64,000 nt of DNA from contig OX597814.1 in assembly GCA_951406725.2 (NCBI GenBank), positions 79,856,001 to 79,920,000 of the forward strand. The letters are read 5' to 3'. The notes under the pieces are model-generated. The model was not told where the DNA came from. It did no database searches and worked only from the letters and a program-made list of their open reading frames with translations. This document shows positions 12,298-26,931 of the stretch, piece after piece (position 1 is the first letter of the stretch; the number at the start of each line of letters is the position of its first letter). The translations under genes were made by a program, and so were the position numbers. This stretch comes from Octopus vulgaris (Eukaryota).

Positions 12298-13303
12298 CTC
12301 ACATATTATCTTTCATATACACGTACATAAATACATATGCATACATCTCTTTTGTATCTATGTGTGCGTGTGCATGTGGGAGAGAAAGTGAGTGATTGTA
12401 TTTCCTCATAACATATAGAGAAATGGATGTCTTTTAAGGTACACACACATATAGAAAATGTGATGTCATCGTCGTTGTTGCATAAAATGTCGTTTAGGAT
12501 AGTTAAATTGTAGAAAGATAATAGTGTTAAATTTTTGTAATGCAACTATGTAAAGGAAAATGAAATTTATTTGTTAGCCGAAAGATTATTGAATTTTTTG
12601 ACACTCCATACGTCAAAATCAGCAACTCAGTTTTCGAATGTATTCACTAATTTCCTTAAAAAATATTTTTATTTCTTTATGCTTTGAAGAGAGCGGAAAT
12701 TGAAAGAGGAGAAAATGAAACCACGATATTTGCTTTGAAGTGAGAGCAGAAAGTGAAAGATGTATGTACGTGTATATGAAATGGACGTGTGTGTGTGCCT
12801 GTGTACGTAAGTATGTGTGTGTGTGCGTGTGTGCGTGTGCGTGTATGCGTGTGCGTGTCCATGAGAGAGGAGAGGGAGAGTAAGTGAGTGAAAGTGTGTG
12901 TTTTCATGTAAGTGTAACTGGCACTCACTCACTCTGCCTGTCTGTCTGTCTGTCTCACTCTCTGATTCATACTCACACATCTTTCATATACACATACATA
13001 AATACATATGCATACATCCATTTTGGATATATGTGTGCGCGTGCATGTGAGAGATTGTGCGAGTGATCGTATTTCTTCATAACATATAGAGAAAAGAAAT
13101 GGATGGATTTTAAGGTACACTCATATAGAAAACTTGACGTCGTTGTCGTTGACATCGTGGTATAAATGTTTACGATAGATCATAAGGTAAAATATTTGCA
13201 ATGCAAATATGTAAATGAAAATAAAGTTTATTTGTTAGTCGAAAGATTACTGAATCTTTTGATACCCCATACGTCAAAATCGGCAACTCATTTTTCGAAT
13301 GCA
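12020..13303. repeat. diverged tandem duplication, unit about 630 bp, 2 copies
   Basis: CTTTGAAGAGAGC.GAAATTGAAAG at about 12050 and 12682. CCATACGTCAAAATC.GCAACTCA.TTTTCGAATG at about 12606 and 13267. Confidence 0.9.
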
Positions 13304-13359
13304 TAAGGAAGATACTGCACACGCGCAACACACACATACAAACAAACTCTCTATCACAT

Positions 13360-13694
13360 ATATGGAAGTGTCCCTGTCCGCCGTTCTCTCGGTCTGTCTC
13401 TCACATTCCCTCTGTGTCTATCTGTTCCTGTTTCCTCGCCTTCCCTGATATCAGTTACCCTCATTATGCCATGTTCTCCTGAACCTAAAGCCTTTGGTAC
13501 CCCGCTCATTTTATCATGTAATAGCCCAGTCCCCGTAGTCAGTCCAATGTCGATTATTATTGAAATCCAATTTGCCTGTTATTGAACAGGATATTAGTTC
13601 AACATGTGAACAAAGTTTGGTGAAGATTGGTTCCTGGTTTGGGCAGCAAGATGGTAAAAGACAGACGGACAGAAATTGCCATTTATATATAGGA
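13360..13694 (-). mobile_element. non-autonomous Helitron-like 5' portion
   Basis: The reverse complement begins A|TCCTATATATAAATGGCAATTTCTGTCCGTCTGTC, followed by CCAATCTTCACCAAACTT. This has the same layout as the 41261 Helitron start. Confidence 0.55.
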
Positions 13695-13988
13695 TAATAT
13701 AAATGCGATCACATACACATTGATACATTCATATAAAAAAATTCACACACACACACATATTTATATACATTCATACAAAGTTACACAGACGCACACACAC
13801 ACACAGGCACACAGGCTCACACACGCATCCACACACACACACACACACATATATATATTTACACTCATACAAAGAAATTCACACACACGCTCACCCAGAG
13901 ACAAGGCGAAAGTGAGTGTGTATAAATAAATTTACAGGCATGTTTCTTTACAAGTATACACAATAGACTGACACCTACAAACACGCAT

Positions 13989-14041
<53 letters not shown>

Positions 14042-14609
14042 CACTCACTTACACATGTAGATGTTCGTACTTCTTCGAGCGTGCATCTCTTTCTCTCTCT
14101 CTCTTTCTTTCTCTCTAACTCTCTCTGTATGCCTTTACATATGAGAAAGCTGTTAGTTGCTGATCCCGATATTTTTATGGAAATGGCAGCGACCTGATAG
14201 TCTATTGCGTTATTGCACCGCTAGCTTATGAATGATGGATAGCGTTCTTGGAGCAGTACTTTTTATATTTTTACATACGAAATGCTGAAACATTAAGCAG
14301 TCTTCTATGGATGATCTTTTACCCTTATTGCACATCATACAGGGTTATCCATTCTGTTTGTGGAGTGTGAATGCATTCCCTCATAATGGCCTACGTCATT
14401 TTTTCCCCGCCATTGCGAAAGGATGTTACAAAATCACTATTTCTCTCTTTGTTTTTATGTTCTCCACTATTTATTTCGTGGGTTTGAATTTGTATTCAAA
14501 TGTTTTGTCGGGTTGTGTGGATGGTTCGTTGATAATATAATATGTGTAGTATGTGTACACATAATACAAACATACATACATACATATATACCATATACAC
14601 ATACGTATA

Positions 14610-14641
<32 letters not shown>

Positions 14642-14704
14642 CCTATATATTTAATATATATATGCATGTATGTATATATATATACATATATTGTATATAT
14701 ATAT

Positions 14705-14736
<32 letters not shown>

Positions 14737-14919
14737 GCATGTATGTATACATACATATATACGTATGTATAAATGGTATATATGTATATATATACCATAT
14801 GTATGTAAATGTATATTTGATAGTCTATATATATATATGTGTTTGTGTGTGTATGTTCCACTATAGTAATCATTCACATAAATAACTGTAGGTTCTAGTA
14901 ATACTTTTGACAAAGTTAG

Positions 14920-14950
14920 CTGCTGCTACTACTGCTACTGCTGCAATTAT

Positions 14951-15022
<72 letters not shown>

Positions 15023-15063
15023 GAATGATAATAAAAATACAAATAATAATAATAATAATGATG

Positions 15064-15110
<47 letters not shown>

Positions 15111-15112
15111 GA
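14920..15112. repeat. (ACT)n/(AAT)n compound microsatellite
   Basis: Directly visible. Confidence 0.95.
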
Positions 15113-15200
15113 TAATTCGTTGTTGCATTTATATTCATATTTCTTTCAGCAGCTTTTTTTGTATTATAGTTTGGTGCAAGACGGTAATTTTCAACTGCCA

Positions 15201-15242
<42 letters not shown>

Positions 15243-15678
15243 GGGTGTGTGTGTATATATATATATGTGTATATATATATATATATATACATATATGTAT
15301 ATATACACATATGTACATGCATACATAGATATATATATGTATATATACAAACATGGATATATAATATAATATAACATAATATATGAAGAGTGGAGAGAGG
15401 ACCACAAATGCATGCACATATGCACACATATACAAATATATGTGCACGGTGTGTTTACTATATTTTTTGCGTGTTTACTGAACCTTTTGTGTAAAGGGCT
15501 CGAATATGTAAGCATACAAGAACACACATACGAACAAACAAGCACATACGCGCGCACACAGACACACATACATACGCACGTGCATATACTATTTAGAGCA
15601 TAATCATATATATTGCGCGTATACATTTATAAACGCTTATATATTCACATACATATGTACGTGTGTATTAATGTATGC

Positions 15679-15729
<51 letters not shown>

Positions 15730-16474
15730 GGTATGTATGTATATATGAATTTATGTATGTATGTATGTAATATGATCAGCATATGCATAGCTGTTCGAAT
15801 TGAATAACAGAATAAATGTGGCACCAGCAACATAAGTTTCGTTCGTACCATATTTTTTCCTTTCTTATTTTAATTTTTTTCTTAGCCTTTATAACTTTTA
15901 CTTGTTTATTTTTTGCCTATTAATTGTTAACTTCTTCATAAAGATGACTATTTTTGATGTGAGGTAAAAATGAAAAAAAAAAAATTGCTTCAAAAATTAC
16001 TGCAATATTTCTTTGGATTGATATATAAATCAAACCATTTCTCTATCGAAAACGTCTAAATAAGTTTAGAATATGGTAAACTCTAAGATAAAATGCAAAA
16101 TAATAATAAAAAAACATCTTCATACAAAAAAAAAAAAAGAAAGAAAATGGGAATAAAATAGCGAAAGTTTCAGAATAGCATTCAGCAAAAGCAACAGGAA
16201 TTCAAATATAACATTGATATTATACATTTTACTAGCATAACAAATGAGAAGGGAAAAGATAGAGAGAAATACACGGAAATGACGAACAACCGACAGCAGC
16301 GTTGACGACGACCACGACTGTATATATTTGAAAAATTCAATGTTATTTATATTACAAAAAAATAACCATTTTTCAAAATATGTATGAATAATACATACAC
16401 ACACACCATCACACACACAAACACATACATATATGTGAGAGAGAGAGAGAGAGAGGGAGGGAGTCTGTCTGTGA

Positions 16475-16513
<39 letters not shown>

Positions 16514-16566
16514 TATGTATATATATATATATATACATAAGTATATATGTATGTATATATACATTC

Positions 16567-16636
<70 letters not shown>

Positions 16637-16642
16637 GTATAT

Positions 16643-16685
<43 letters not shown>

Positions 16686-18485
16686 TATATGTATATATAC
16701 ATACATACATACATACATACATACACACACACATATATATGGGCCCAGTTTACTGCATAGAACATGTATATAGCAACAGATTCAATATTTCATTGATTCT
16801 TGAAAAAAAATGAAATTCAGCTGACAAGATTCGAATATGGGAGATTGACCGTTTCCAAGATACTGATAGAAGCTTCTGTAAGATACCCCTTATTTTATAC
16901 ATTGTAATATTATTGAGTCGGATAATATTGAAACATAAAAATAAGAATGCGCATCCACTGCTGTTTTGACAACTGTTTTTGCTTTTTGTTCTATTTACCC
17001 ATCTGAAAACCGGCGGCGCGATAGTGTATCTCTGGGAAACATATTTAATATCAATACGTAGAAGTCTAATCCAATCAGTTGATTGTGTGCATGCATGCAT
17101 GTGTACTAGTGTGTGTCCGTGCACGCATATGTGTTTGTATGTGCTTGTTTATATACAAACACACACATATATACAACGCCATTTATATAGGTGTGTGTGA
17201 ATATGGATGTGCGTGCGAGCGAGGTGGGGGAAGAATAATTACAAGGCAATGTTCCATTCCTTTTGCTGTTAATTAATTCCAAAGTCCAATCTTTATATCA
17301 TTTTAAAATACAGAACGTACTCAAAAACAAACTATCAAAATCAGGTTATTTTAAAATACATCATTACAAATTCCAAAATATACCATGCATTCAAACATAT
17401 ATTACTACAAATCACTTTATGATTATGCCTTCCAAAACCATTTTTTCATTCAAATTGTTTCCTAATACCCTATCAAACATCCCAAAACACATAATTACAA
17501 AATCACGTAATTTAATACACGAATGTACATAATTATAAACCGGTTTCACTTCTTTTGGAGATATTCATTGTAATTTGTGTGTAGACATGCACAAGCACAC
17601 GTGCACACATAATACACATACTCACACATATACACACATACACACGCATGTAGTCACCCTCGCTTTACACGGCACTTGGGTTGCACGGTTTCAATTTGTC
17701 ATAGCTTTGGATTTTGTCTAATTTTGCATTTTTTATCTCCGTATACAGAAACATGTTCTCGTTTCGTTTTTTTCATTTTCCTGCTATGGTACTATCATTT
17801 AATTTCTGCGATACTGGATTAGACCACACTGTAAGCTTACACTTAAGGGATAATTAGTTGTTTATGTAAAAATTTTCAAGGTTGAATAACAGCTTCAAAT
17901 GTGAAGAAAGTCGATTCGCAAAGTAACTATCAGAACATAAAGGAAACGAAATACAAAGTCAGTTCTAGAATATTGGCTGGATTTTCAATAACCATCAATC
18001 ATGCACCACATAACATTTTCTAAACAAAGGAAAAAATTCTATTATTTTGGATAGAAATATTACTCGACATTAGGACAGTACCCATGTGTGTGTGCGTGTG
18101 GGTGTGTATACATATATATGTATAATATCATAAACAATAATCGTTTTAATTATCCCCACTACAATAAATAATTGTCTAAATTTTGTTTGTTTTCCTTAAT
18201 AACATTAATTAAAACATTATCTTCCGCATTTTACATGTTTTCGATTTTTCATGGTGGCTCTTCTTTAATGACTTAAAAAAGGAAGTTCGTAACTGAATGG
18301 GTAATATGGTCCTGAATATACAATGTCTAAACAATGTGATAGGTTGGTCATCGCTAGAACATTTTTAATTTTAAGTCTCCTAACATCTTAGATCTTAATA
18401 AAAAGTGGAGTAGCAATTAAGAATCTTGTTTTAACTCTAAATCATCCCTGAGCATAATGTCTCAACTATGACTATTTCTGAGTTT

Positions 18486-18556
<71 letters not shown>

Positions 18557-19081
18557 GTGTGTGCGTGTGCGTGTGTGTATCTGTGTGCCTCTCGGGTTAA
18601 TTTTCCTTTCCACCTCTCTCTAGCACTCCCACAATCTGTCTCTCACTCCCTCTTTCCTCCCTCTGAGTTCTACATATAACTAATACTAATACAAACGTTT
18701 CGATTATTATCAGTATTTAAATGACCGTAGTTTAATCAGATTCAAGTTTCTGAGTGTCTAAATTGCTAAGATTAAAATCTGCGATTAATAGGGTCCATAC
18801 AAGCATCTGTCAACAGCGTGGCCATCCGATTTTCTTTTCCTTTATCTACACATACACATACAAATACAAATGTATCAATACCACATATACACACATACCC
18901 TCATAGCCGGCCGCCAACACTTTTTTCTGCAAAATAGGGGTAGCTTATCCTCTTCAGGCTATATTATTAGCATTATCCTGCGTTTGAGAATTTAAAATCA
19001 TTTCTTTAACTTTCTAAGACATCTCAACGCTTCTAAAGCAAACTTCGTTTGTTTGTTTGTTTACGTTCATCGTAATTTGAA

Positions 19082-19117
<36 letters not shown>

Positions 19118-19120
<3 letters not shown>

Positions 19121-19320
19121 AGGCGACTTCAGGTCATGAGCATCACTCGGGCTCATCACAAATTTTGGTTAAGACACATGCCTTCTCGAAGAATTTCATG
19201 TTTCTCCGCTTTATATCTAACTCCAAATGGCTTATTTTTTCATATCTAGCAAACTATGCCTTTTTCCATTTCTAATTAAGAGTGAGAATAAAACAACCCA
19301 ACAAAACACAGCTGATCTTA
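19118..19320 (+). mobile_element. truncated copy of the TIR element at 40234
   Basis: Colinear with 40234-40432 (GGCGAC..GGTCA..CACTCGG.CTCATCACA...CAAATGGCTTATTTTT...AACACAGCTGATCTT). Confidence 0.8.
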
Positions 19321-19410
19321 TGAGGAGATAAGCACAACAAAGCTGGTTGTCAAGGGGTGACGCGCAGGCAAATACACACACACACACACAAACATATATG
19401 CATGTGTGTG

Positions 19411-19492
<82 letters not shown>

Positions 19493-19494
<2 letters not shown>

Positions 19495-19642
19495 ACGGAC
19501 TTTCCGTCTACCAAATCCACTCACCAGGCTTTGGCCGGCCCGAGGCTACCGAGTTTATAGAAGAAAACGTTTGCCCAAGGTTCCACACAGTAAGGCTGAA
19601 ACCGGAACTATATGATTAGGAAGCAAATTTATTACCACGCCT
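19493..19642 (-). mobile_element. SINE family B, 5' part
   Basis: TTTCCGTCTACCAAATCCACTCAC...TTGCCCAAGG. Confidence 0.8.
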
Positions 19643-19750
19643 ACACACACACGTGTGTGTGTGTACATATATATGCCAGTGCGTGTGTGTGCATGTATGT
19701 GTGTGTGTAGTTTGCATCCGTCATGATCAGGCTCAAATATGTCGTGTATA

Positions 19751-19787
<37 letters not shown>

Positions 19788-20315
19788 TATAATTACCATG
19801 CACATATGTATTTTCATGTTTATACACACACACACGCACACATTCACACACACATTTACACATACACACACATACATATAATATACATACATATAATAAG
19901 TATGTACATATGTGTATATCTATCTCTCAGTTTCTCCATTTACTTCATTTCCGTCCGTTTTATTTTCTATATTACTTCATTTGCACTTTATATTCTTTCT
20001 TTTTATTGTCATTCTTTTAGTTGACATTTCAAGTGTAATACTTTCCATTCATTTTGTACATCTTTAGTGCAGAAGGTTATTCAGTACATGATATAAGGTA
20101 CCTTATGAAATCTTTCTGGAAAAGTGCATGTTATAAGTAAAAAAGGATATCCCAGATAAAGGTTAAAAGCAAACCCTGAAGTTTCATTTTACAGTTTCGA
20201 TTCCCTCTTGTGTTCTGTTCATTTCATCTACGTAAGAGAAAGTCATGAACATCTCACAATCCTAAATATACAGATTTTTAAGTGTATCCGAGAGCTCGTG
20301 TTCACACACACACAT

Positions 20316-20352
<37 letters not shown>

Positions 20353-20357
20353 CATAT

Positions 20358-20873
<516 letters not shown>

Positions 20874-21809
20874 TATATATAGATAGATAGATATATATAT
20901 ATGTATGTATGTATTTATGTATGTATATATATATACACACACATAATGAACATTTATTGTGAAACTCTGGAAAAGAGTTACCTTATGCCGTTTCGACTTG
21001 AGTCTTTCCGAATCTACGCCGTTTTAATTTTAAGATATTAATGGAAAAATAAACTGCAACTTCAGTCGATTTATCTGACTTAACATCGGTTTTGCGAACA
21101 TATTTAAACAAGTATTAAAGAAAAAGAAGCAACTAAAGATCAGTCCTGAAGTGGAAAATCAAATAAAATGCATGCGAAAGTACGTACAAACCATTTATTA
21201 AAACTGATATACGCTAATATATTTTAAAATATTTTTGTTTGTTTGTTTGTGTTACGATATTCTTTAAGTTTAGTTGCATGTATTCGAACTAGTAACTGGT
21301 GTAAGTTTAGAGTATACTGAATTATTGTAGAGAAAAAGACATATTGTTATTCATTTCAAAAAATATATATTTAAAATAAATTACATGCAAATTACTGGAG
21401 AAGATTTAACGGATATATCTTCCATCAAAATGCGTGGCTTGCACTCATGTTTGAGATCGGAATTTAGCCATTGTTTAACTCCAAGGAGCTTCTTCATGCA
21501 CTCCAAGACTGGCAAATTCGGTGCATTTTATGTTCAGTGCCAATATCTGTGGTCTGCTGTACAAATTAATTAAATAAATTTATATATATATGTAAATTAA
21601 ATAAAGAGATACAGTTGGCAATCCAATAGTTTATGTTATAACATAATATACTATGAATATAATATAATATAATATGATATAATATAATATAATATAATAT
21701 AATATAACATTACAAAATCATAAAAAAATCAAAATAGCCAACAATTTGTTTCGACTTATATACATTTTTTGATATATAAACAATTCACTTCACATATAAA
21801 AGTCTTATT

Positions 21810-22002
21810 AGTCTTGTAAAAAGTGTTAGTCGATGGAGGGTTTGTTTGAAATTACTTAAAAGTTGGGAATGTGTTTTCTTTCTTCATTTTTTTCCTTTTT
21901 TTTCTTCTCTCTTCCTGTTTGTGATTTGACCTTACAAACACATTCCCAACTTTTAAGTCACTTCAAAAAATCCCTCCATCGCTTAACACCTTTTACAAGA
22001 CT
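21810..22002. repeat. inverted repeat, arms about 67 bp
   Basis: 21810-21876 is the reverse complement of 21936-22002 (CTTAAAAGTTGGGAATGTGTTT / AAACACATTCCCAACTTTTAAG). Confidence 0.9.
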
Positions 22003-22205
22003 CTATGCTTGGAATGACCAATTATAAGCAACACTGGAACACACACCCAAGGTACAGGAAAATTATATATACACCATTCTGCTCAAATAATGAAACTACG
22101 GATACAATATCCGTACGTATCTCACTTCTATTTTCCTTTCTCCACTTCACTCTGTATTTCATATCTTCTCTATAATAACTACTGCTTAACCATTTTCTCG
22201 CACCA

Positions 22206-22251
22206 TTTCTGATGAAGGGATATATAAAATATCCCGGAAACAGCTGTAAGA
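22206..22251 (+). ncRNA. minimal type I hammerhead ribozyme with canonical core
   Basis: CUGAUGA-A-GGGAUAU(AUAAA)AUAUCCC-G-GAAA-CAGCUG-UA^. Stem II is 7 bp, stem III is the palindrome ACAGCUGU, the triplet is GUA and stem I is weak. Confidence 0.65.
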
Positions 22252-22390
22252 CTTCTTTATAAATGTTCTGAAATCTTTCATAGCCTTGGATATTTTTAAT
22301 CTCATTCTGTTAATTATATATATATATATATATTATTTATGTCCAATTGCCCATGGATCGTAGAGACACCACAACGGACTTAACGTATAT

Positions 22391-22429
22391 TTCTTCTTCT
22401 TCTTTTTTTTTTTCTTCTTCTTCTTCTTC

Positions 22430-22461
<32 letters not shown>

Positions 22462-22500
22462 CTTCTTCTTCTTCTTCTTCTTCTTCTCCCACTTCCTCCT
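22391..22500. repeat. (CTT)n microsatellite
   Basis: Directly visible. Confidence 0.95.
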
Positions 22501-22698
22501 CCTTCTTCTCCTCGTCCTCTTGGTACTACTTACTTTGGTGGTCTCGTTTCAAAAAGAGGGATTAAAATTTCACAATAGACTAATTTGTGTGTTTGTATAC
22601 GAGAGACTATAAAATTCTATGAATAACTCTTTGTACAACAGTGCATGAATGTACGTATACATACATAAATACATGCATAGATACATACATACATACAC

Positions 22699-22733
<35 letters not shown>

Positions 22734-23059
22734 CGTGTGTGTGTGTGTTTATGTACGTACGAATGAATGAATGAATGTGTGTGCTTATGTAAGCGTACTA
22801 TTCAACTTATATAGTTAAATACGCACACTCACACACACACACAATCACATATATTTGAATATATATTAGGAGAATTGGTATTTACGTTGTGAATACAAAG
22901 GTAGACTGTTATTCTTAACCACCCGTTCGACAAGCAATGAATACAATGGCTTCTTATCATATCAGATAATTACAAACTTCTACCATACCAGAATTTTGGG
23001 CCAAACTTTCTATGTGGAACTTAGTAAACAGACACTGCAGAAGCCCATCTTACACACGA

Positions 23060-23122
<63 letters not shown>

Positions 23123-23872
23123 CACGCACGCACGCACGCTCGCACACACGCACAAACAGGCGACGACTCGGCGGAGTTCGTTAGTATGGGGAATAGAATA
23201 CTTTCTGCTATACGTACAGAGTTCGATTTCCACTTAGGGGACAAATTTTGTTTTCCCATATATTTGGAGTCGATAGATGAGTAAACTGTCGCTGAGATCG
23301 ATTCTTCTATTTGTTCATCTTTTATCTGTCTCTATTCTCTATCTCTCTCTGTCACGACGGTACTCCTACGATTCCATTAGGACTGGAGAATATGAGGAAA
23401 GAATACAAGCACATACATCTAAATATATGCTTGAGGGTATCTTTTGCTGTAATATATCAGCGAGAAAATCGAAAGGAATATTCCGTTATCAACAAACGAG
23501 TTCCCCTCAAAGTATTTGTTCCGTAGCGATTTACAGAAACCCTGTATATTGTTGTGCTCTTGCTATTGTATATTCTTGTTGAAAAAAGTTCTTTTTATAC
23601 TTTACGGTAGGCAACCAGGGTTGCCGGGTATGCCAATAAGAATACAAAAGTGAAGGAATGGAGTAGATATATCTGGGCTGCATATGTTTCATAGCGAGCG
23701 GAACCTTGAAAGTGGTAAGTATCTAAGCGAGGTGTATACTGCAGGGTACTCTTCAGGCCAAGGATATCTTGATTAAATGAAAGTTTACATTGTCCCAAGG
23801 AAGTACATGTTAGCACATGGGAAATTCAATCTCTCTCTCTCTCTTTCTCTCTCTCCCTCTCTCTCTCTCTCC

Positions 23873-23915
<43 letters not shown>

Positions 23916-24073
23916 GCAAGATTTTTTATGTGAAGTCGTGTGTTTAAACAGATATTGTTATATTTCGGAATGGTCATTTTGCCAGTTTAGCCAATAAAAA
24001 CACACGCACTATATATTTGGTGTTATTTTGCTTCAGTGTTATTTATTTTTTACATTAATCTTAATCTTATTTC

Positions 24074-24118
24074 GGCCAGAGTTCTTTCGTCACACTCCTG
24101 TGACCGCATCAGTGGTCC
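24074..24118 (-). ncRNA. hammerhead-like motif (A9C variant)
   Basis: Reverse complement GGACCA-CUGAUGC-G-GUCACA(GGAG)UGUGAC-GAAA-GAAC-UC^UGGCC. Confidence 0.45.
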
Positions 24119-24441
24119 TTTGTTTTCTTCTTTCTTATTTGTGTCTCTCCTTACTAACCGTCAGCCATTTTGTATTTCTATTGTATGTCTTCATTTGCGC
24201 ATGCATATATCTCTATGTGCGTCTATGTTTATTTAGTGTGTGGGGGGGATGCTTGTAATATTTGTATCTTCTCTTTATATACGTTCATGTAATTTGTTTT
24301 TGTTGTTGTTGTTTATTCTTATTTTGTTCATGTGTTTACATCCACTTATTATTATCATTACATATGCTTGTATGTATGTATGTATGTATGTATGTATGTA
24401 TGTATGTATAACAACAATTCTAGTAATTATATATATATATA

Positions 24442-24858
24442 GGCGCAGGAGTGGCTGTTTGGTAAGTAGCTTGCTAACCAACCACATGGTTCCGGGTTCA
24501 GTCCCACTGCGTGGCATCTTGGGCAAGTGTCTTCTGCTATAGCCCCGGGCCGACCAATGCCTTGTGAGTGGATTTGGTAGACGGAAACTGAAAGAAGCCT
24601 GTCGTATATATGTATATATATATAAGTGTGTGTGAATATGTTTGTGTGTCTGTGTTTGTTCCCCTAGCATTGCTTGACAACCGATGCTGGTGTGTTTACG
24701 TCCCCGTCACTTAGCGGTTCGGCAAAAGAGACCGATAGAATAAGTACTGGGCTTACAAAGAATAAGTCCCGGGGTCGATTTGCTCGACTAAAGGCGGTGC
24801 TCCAGCATGGCTGCAGTCAAATGACTGAAACAAGTAAAAAGAGTAAAAGAGTAAAGAG
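24442..24858 (+). mobile_element. SINE family B (full length)
   Basis: GGCGCAGGAGTGGCTG head through to the (GTAAAAGA)n tail. Confidence 0.93.
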
Positions 24859-25347
<489 letters not shown>

Positions 25348-25477
25348 ATGGAGAGAGAGAGAGAGAGAGAGAAACACAGACAGACAGACAGATAGATCGA
25401 CAAGCATTGAAATACATTTGAAATAATAACTGTAGTTTTCATTTCAATGAATTGTGAGTAGGAGGATGAGAAAGGAC

Positions 25478-25526
<49 letters not shown>

Positions 25527-25780
25527 TGGGTAGAGAGATGATAACAGGAGGAAACCTTTTTTTTTTCAGACACACTGTAATCCAGGTGTACTTTAAATAT
25601 TGTACCCTTCATAGATATTTTTCTTCGGTCCAAGAACAGCCGTAAAATCTTGTCTTTTTTTCTATTGAGGTATTTCTTAAGCAACACATTTAAATATTTT
25701 TTCTCAGATAGTCTGCCATTTCTAGCAGGTTCACTTCGTAAAAAATCACTTGTTTTTGTTGTATATTTAACGCCAGGTAT

Positions 25781-25993
25781 GAGGCGGCAAGCTGGCAGAC
25801 TCGTTAGCACCGTGGACAAAGTGCTTGGCAGCATTTCGTCCATCTTTACGTTCTGTGTTCAAATTCCGCCAAGGTTGACTTTGTCACTTATCCTTTCAGA
25901 TTCAATAAAAGAAGTACCGGTTGGTTCACTAGGATCAATGTAACCGTCTTCTCTCCTCTCACAAAGTTGCTGTCCTTGCGCCAAAATTTGAAA
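25781..25993 (+). mobile_element. SINE family A
   Basis: GAGGCGGCAAGCTGGCAGA...GTTCAAATTCCGCC...CCAAAATTTGAAA. Confidence 0.85.
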
Positions 25994-26040
25994 TCAACTC
26001 TGACAATAGAGTCCAGTCGTGACTATCCCTTTATATCTAC

Positions 26041-26053
26041 TTATTTATTATTA

Positions 26054-26105
<52 letters not shown>

Positions 26106-26117
26106 GATTATTATTAA

Positions 26118-26196
<79 letters not shown>
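26041..26196. repeat. (TTA)n microsatellite
   Basis: Directly visible. Confidence 0.95.
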
Positions 26197-26859
26197 TGCT
26201 TTGAAGCACAATGTATGTCGGAATACATTCATTGTGTCTTTTCTTTTCCATTTTATAAATCTTGTCTTTGAATCAGGGGGATGGCAGATCGTATGATCCT
26301 TTAAAGAGCATCCGAGAGTGGTGAAAGGGAAGAAGGAAGATATCTTCAAATCAGAATCCTAATCCGAATTCTTGCAACAGACTGCGTTAAGCCTGTTGAT
26401 GGATGATGTCTAACATCAACGTAGACCTTGGCGGGACTTGAACTCAGAACGCAAGGAGCCAGAACAAATACTACAAAGCATCAAGTAGGACGTTCTAGCA
26501 TTTCCAAAAATTCATCACCTTGACCTTTGAGTGGAACTTCTTATCGACCTCAAACGGAGAAAAGGCTAGGAAGAAAACGACGGAAATTGAACTCAGAGTG
26601 CAAAGTCGAAAGAATTAGGGTTTAGCATTCTGTCAACCGCTCCAGTGACGCTGAAAATTCTCCGCCTGAGTAAAAGGAGGGAAATTTGGCTGCTATTTCT
26701 AACAGGCTTTCAGTTAGATTATATTGAATAGATGACGGTGAGAGAAATTATAACTAAGAAATTTAACTACTTGTTCGCATAAAGTTGTTGAGTTTTCAAT
26801 TTCAAAAGGTGTCATGAAGAAATGGATATAGAGGGGAAAGGGAGAGGAGACGATAAGGA

Positions 26860-26931
<72 letters not shown>

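Noticed and set aside
17525-17575. Further hammerhead-like traces (also near 1185 and 20990)
   Set aside because: GAAAC plus a stem is present, but the core is too degenerate to call.
23350-23817. Solo LTR (TGTCACG...CA)
   Set aside because: No TSD, no terminal inverted repeat and no second copy in the window.
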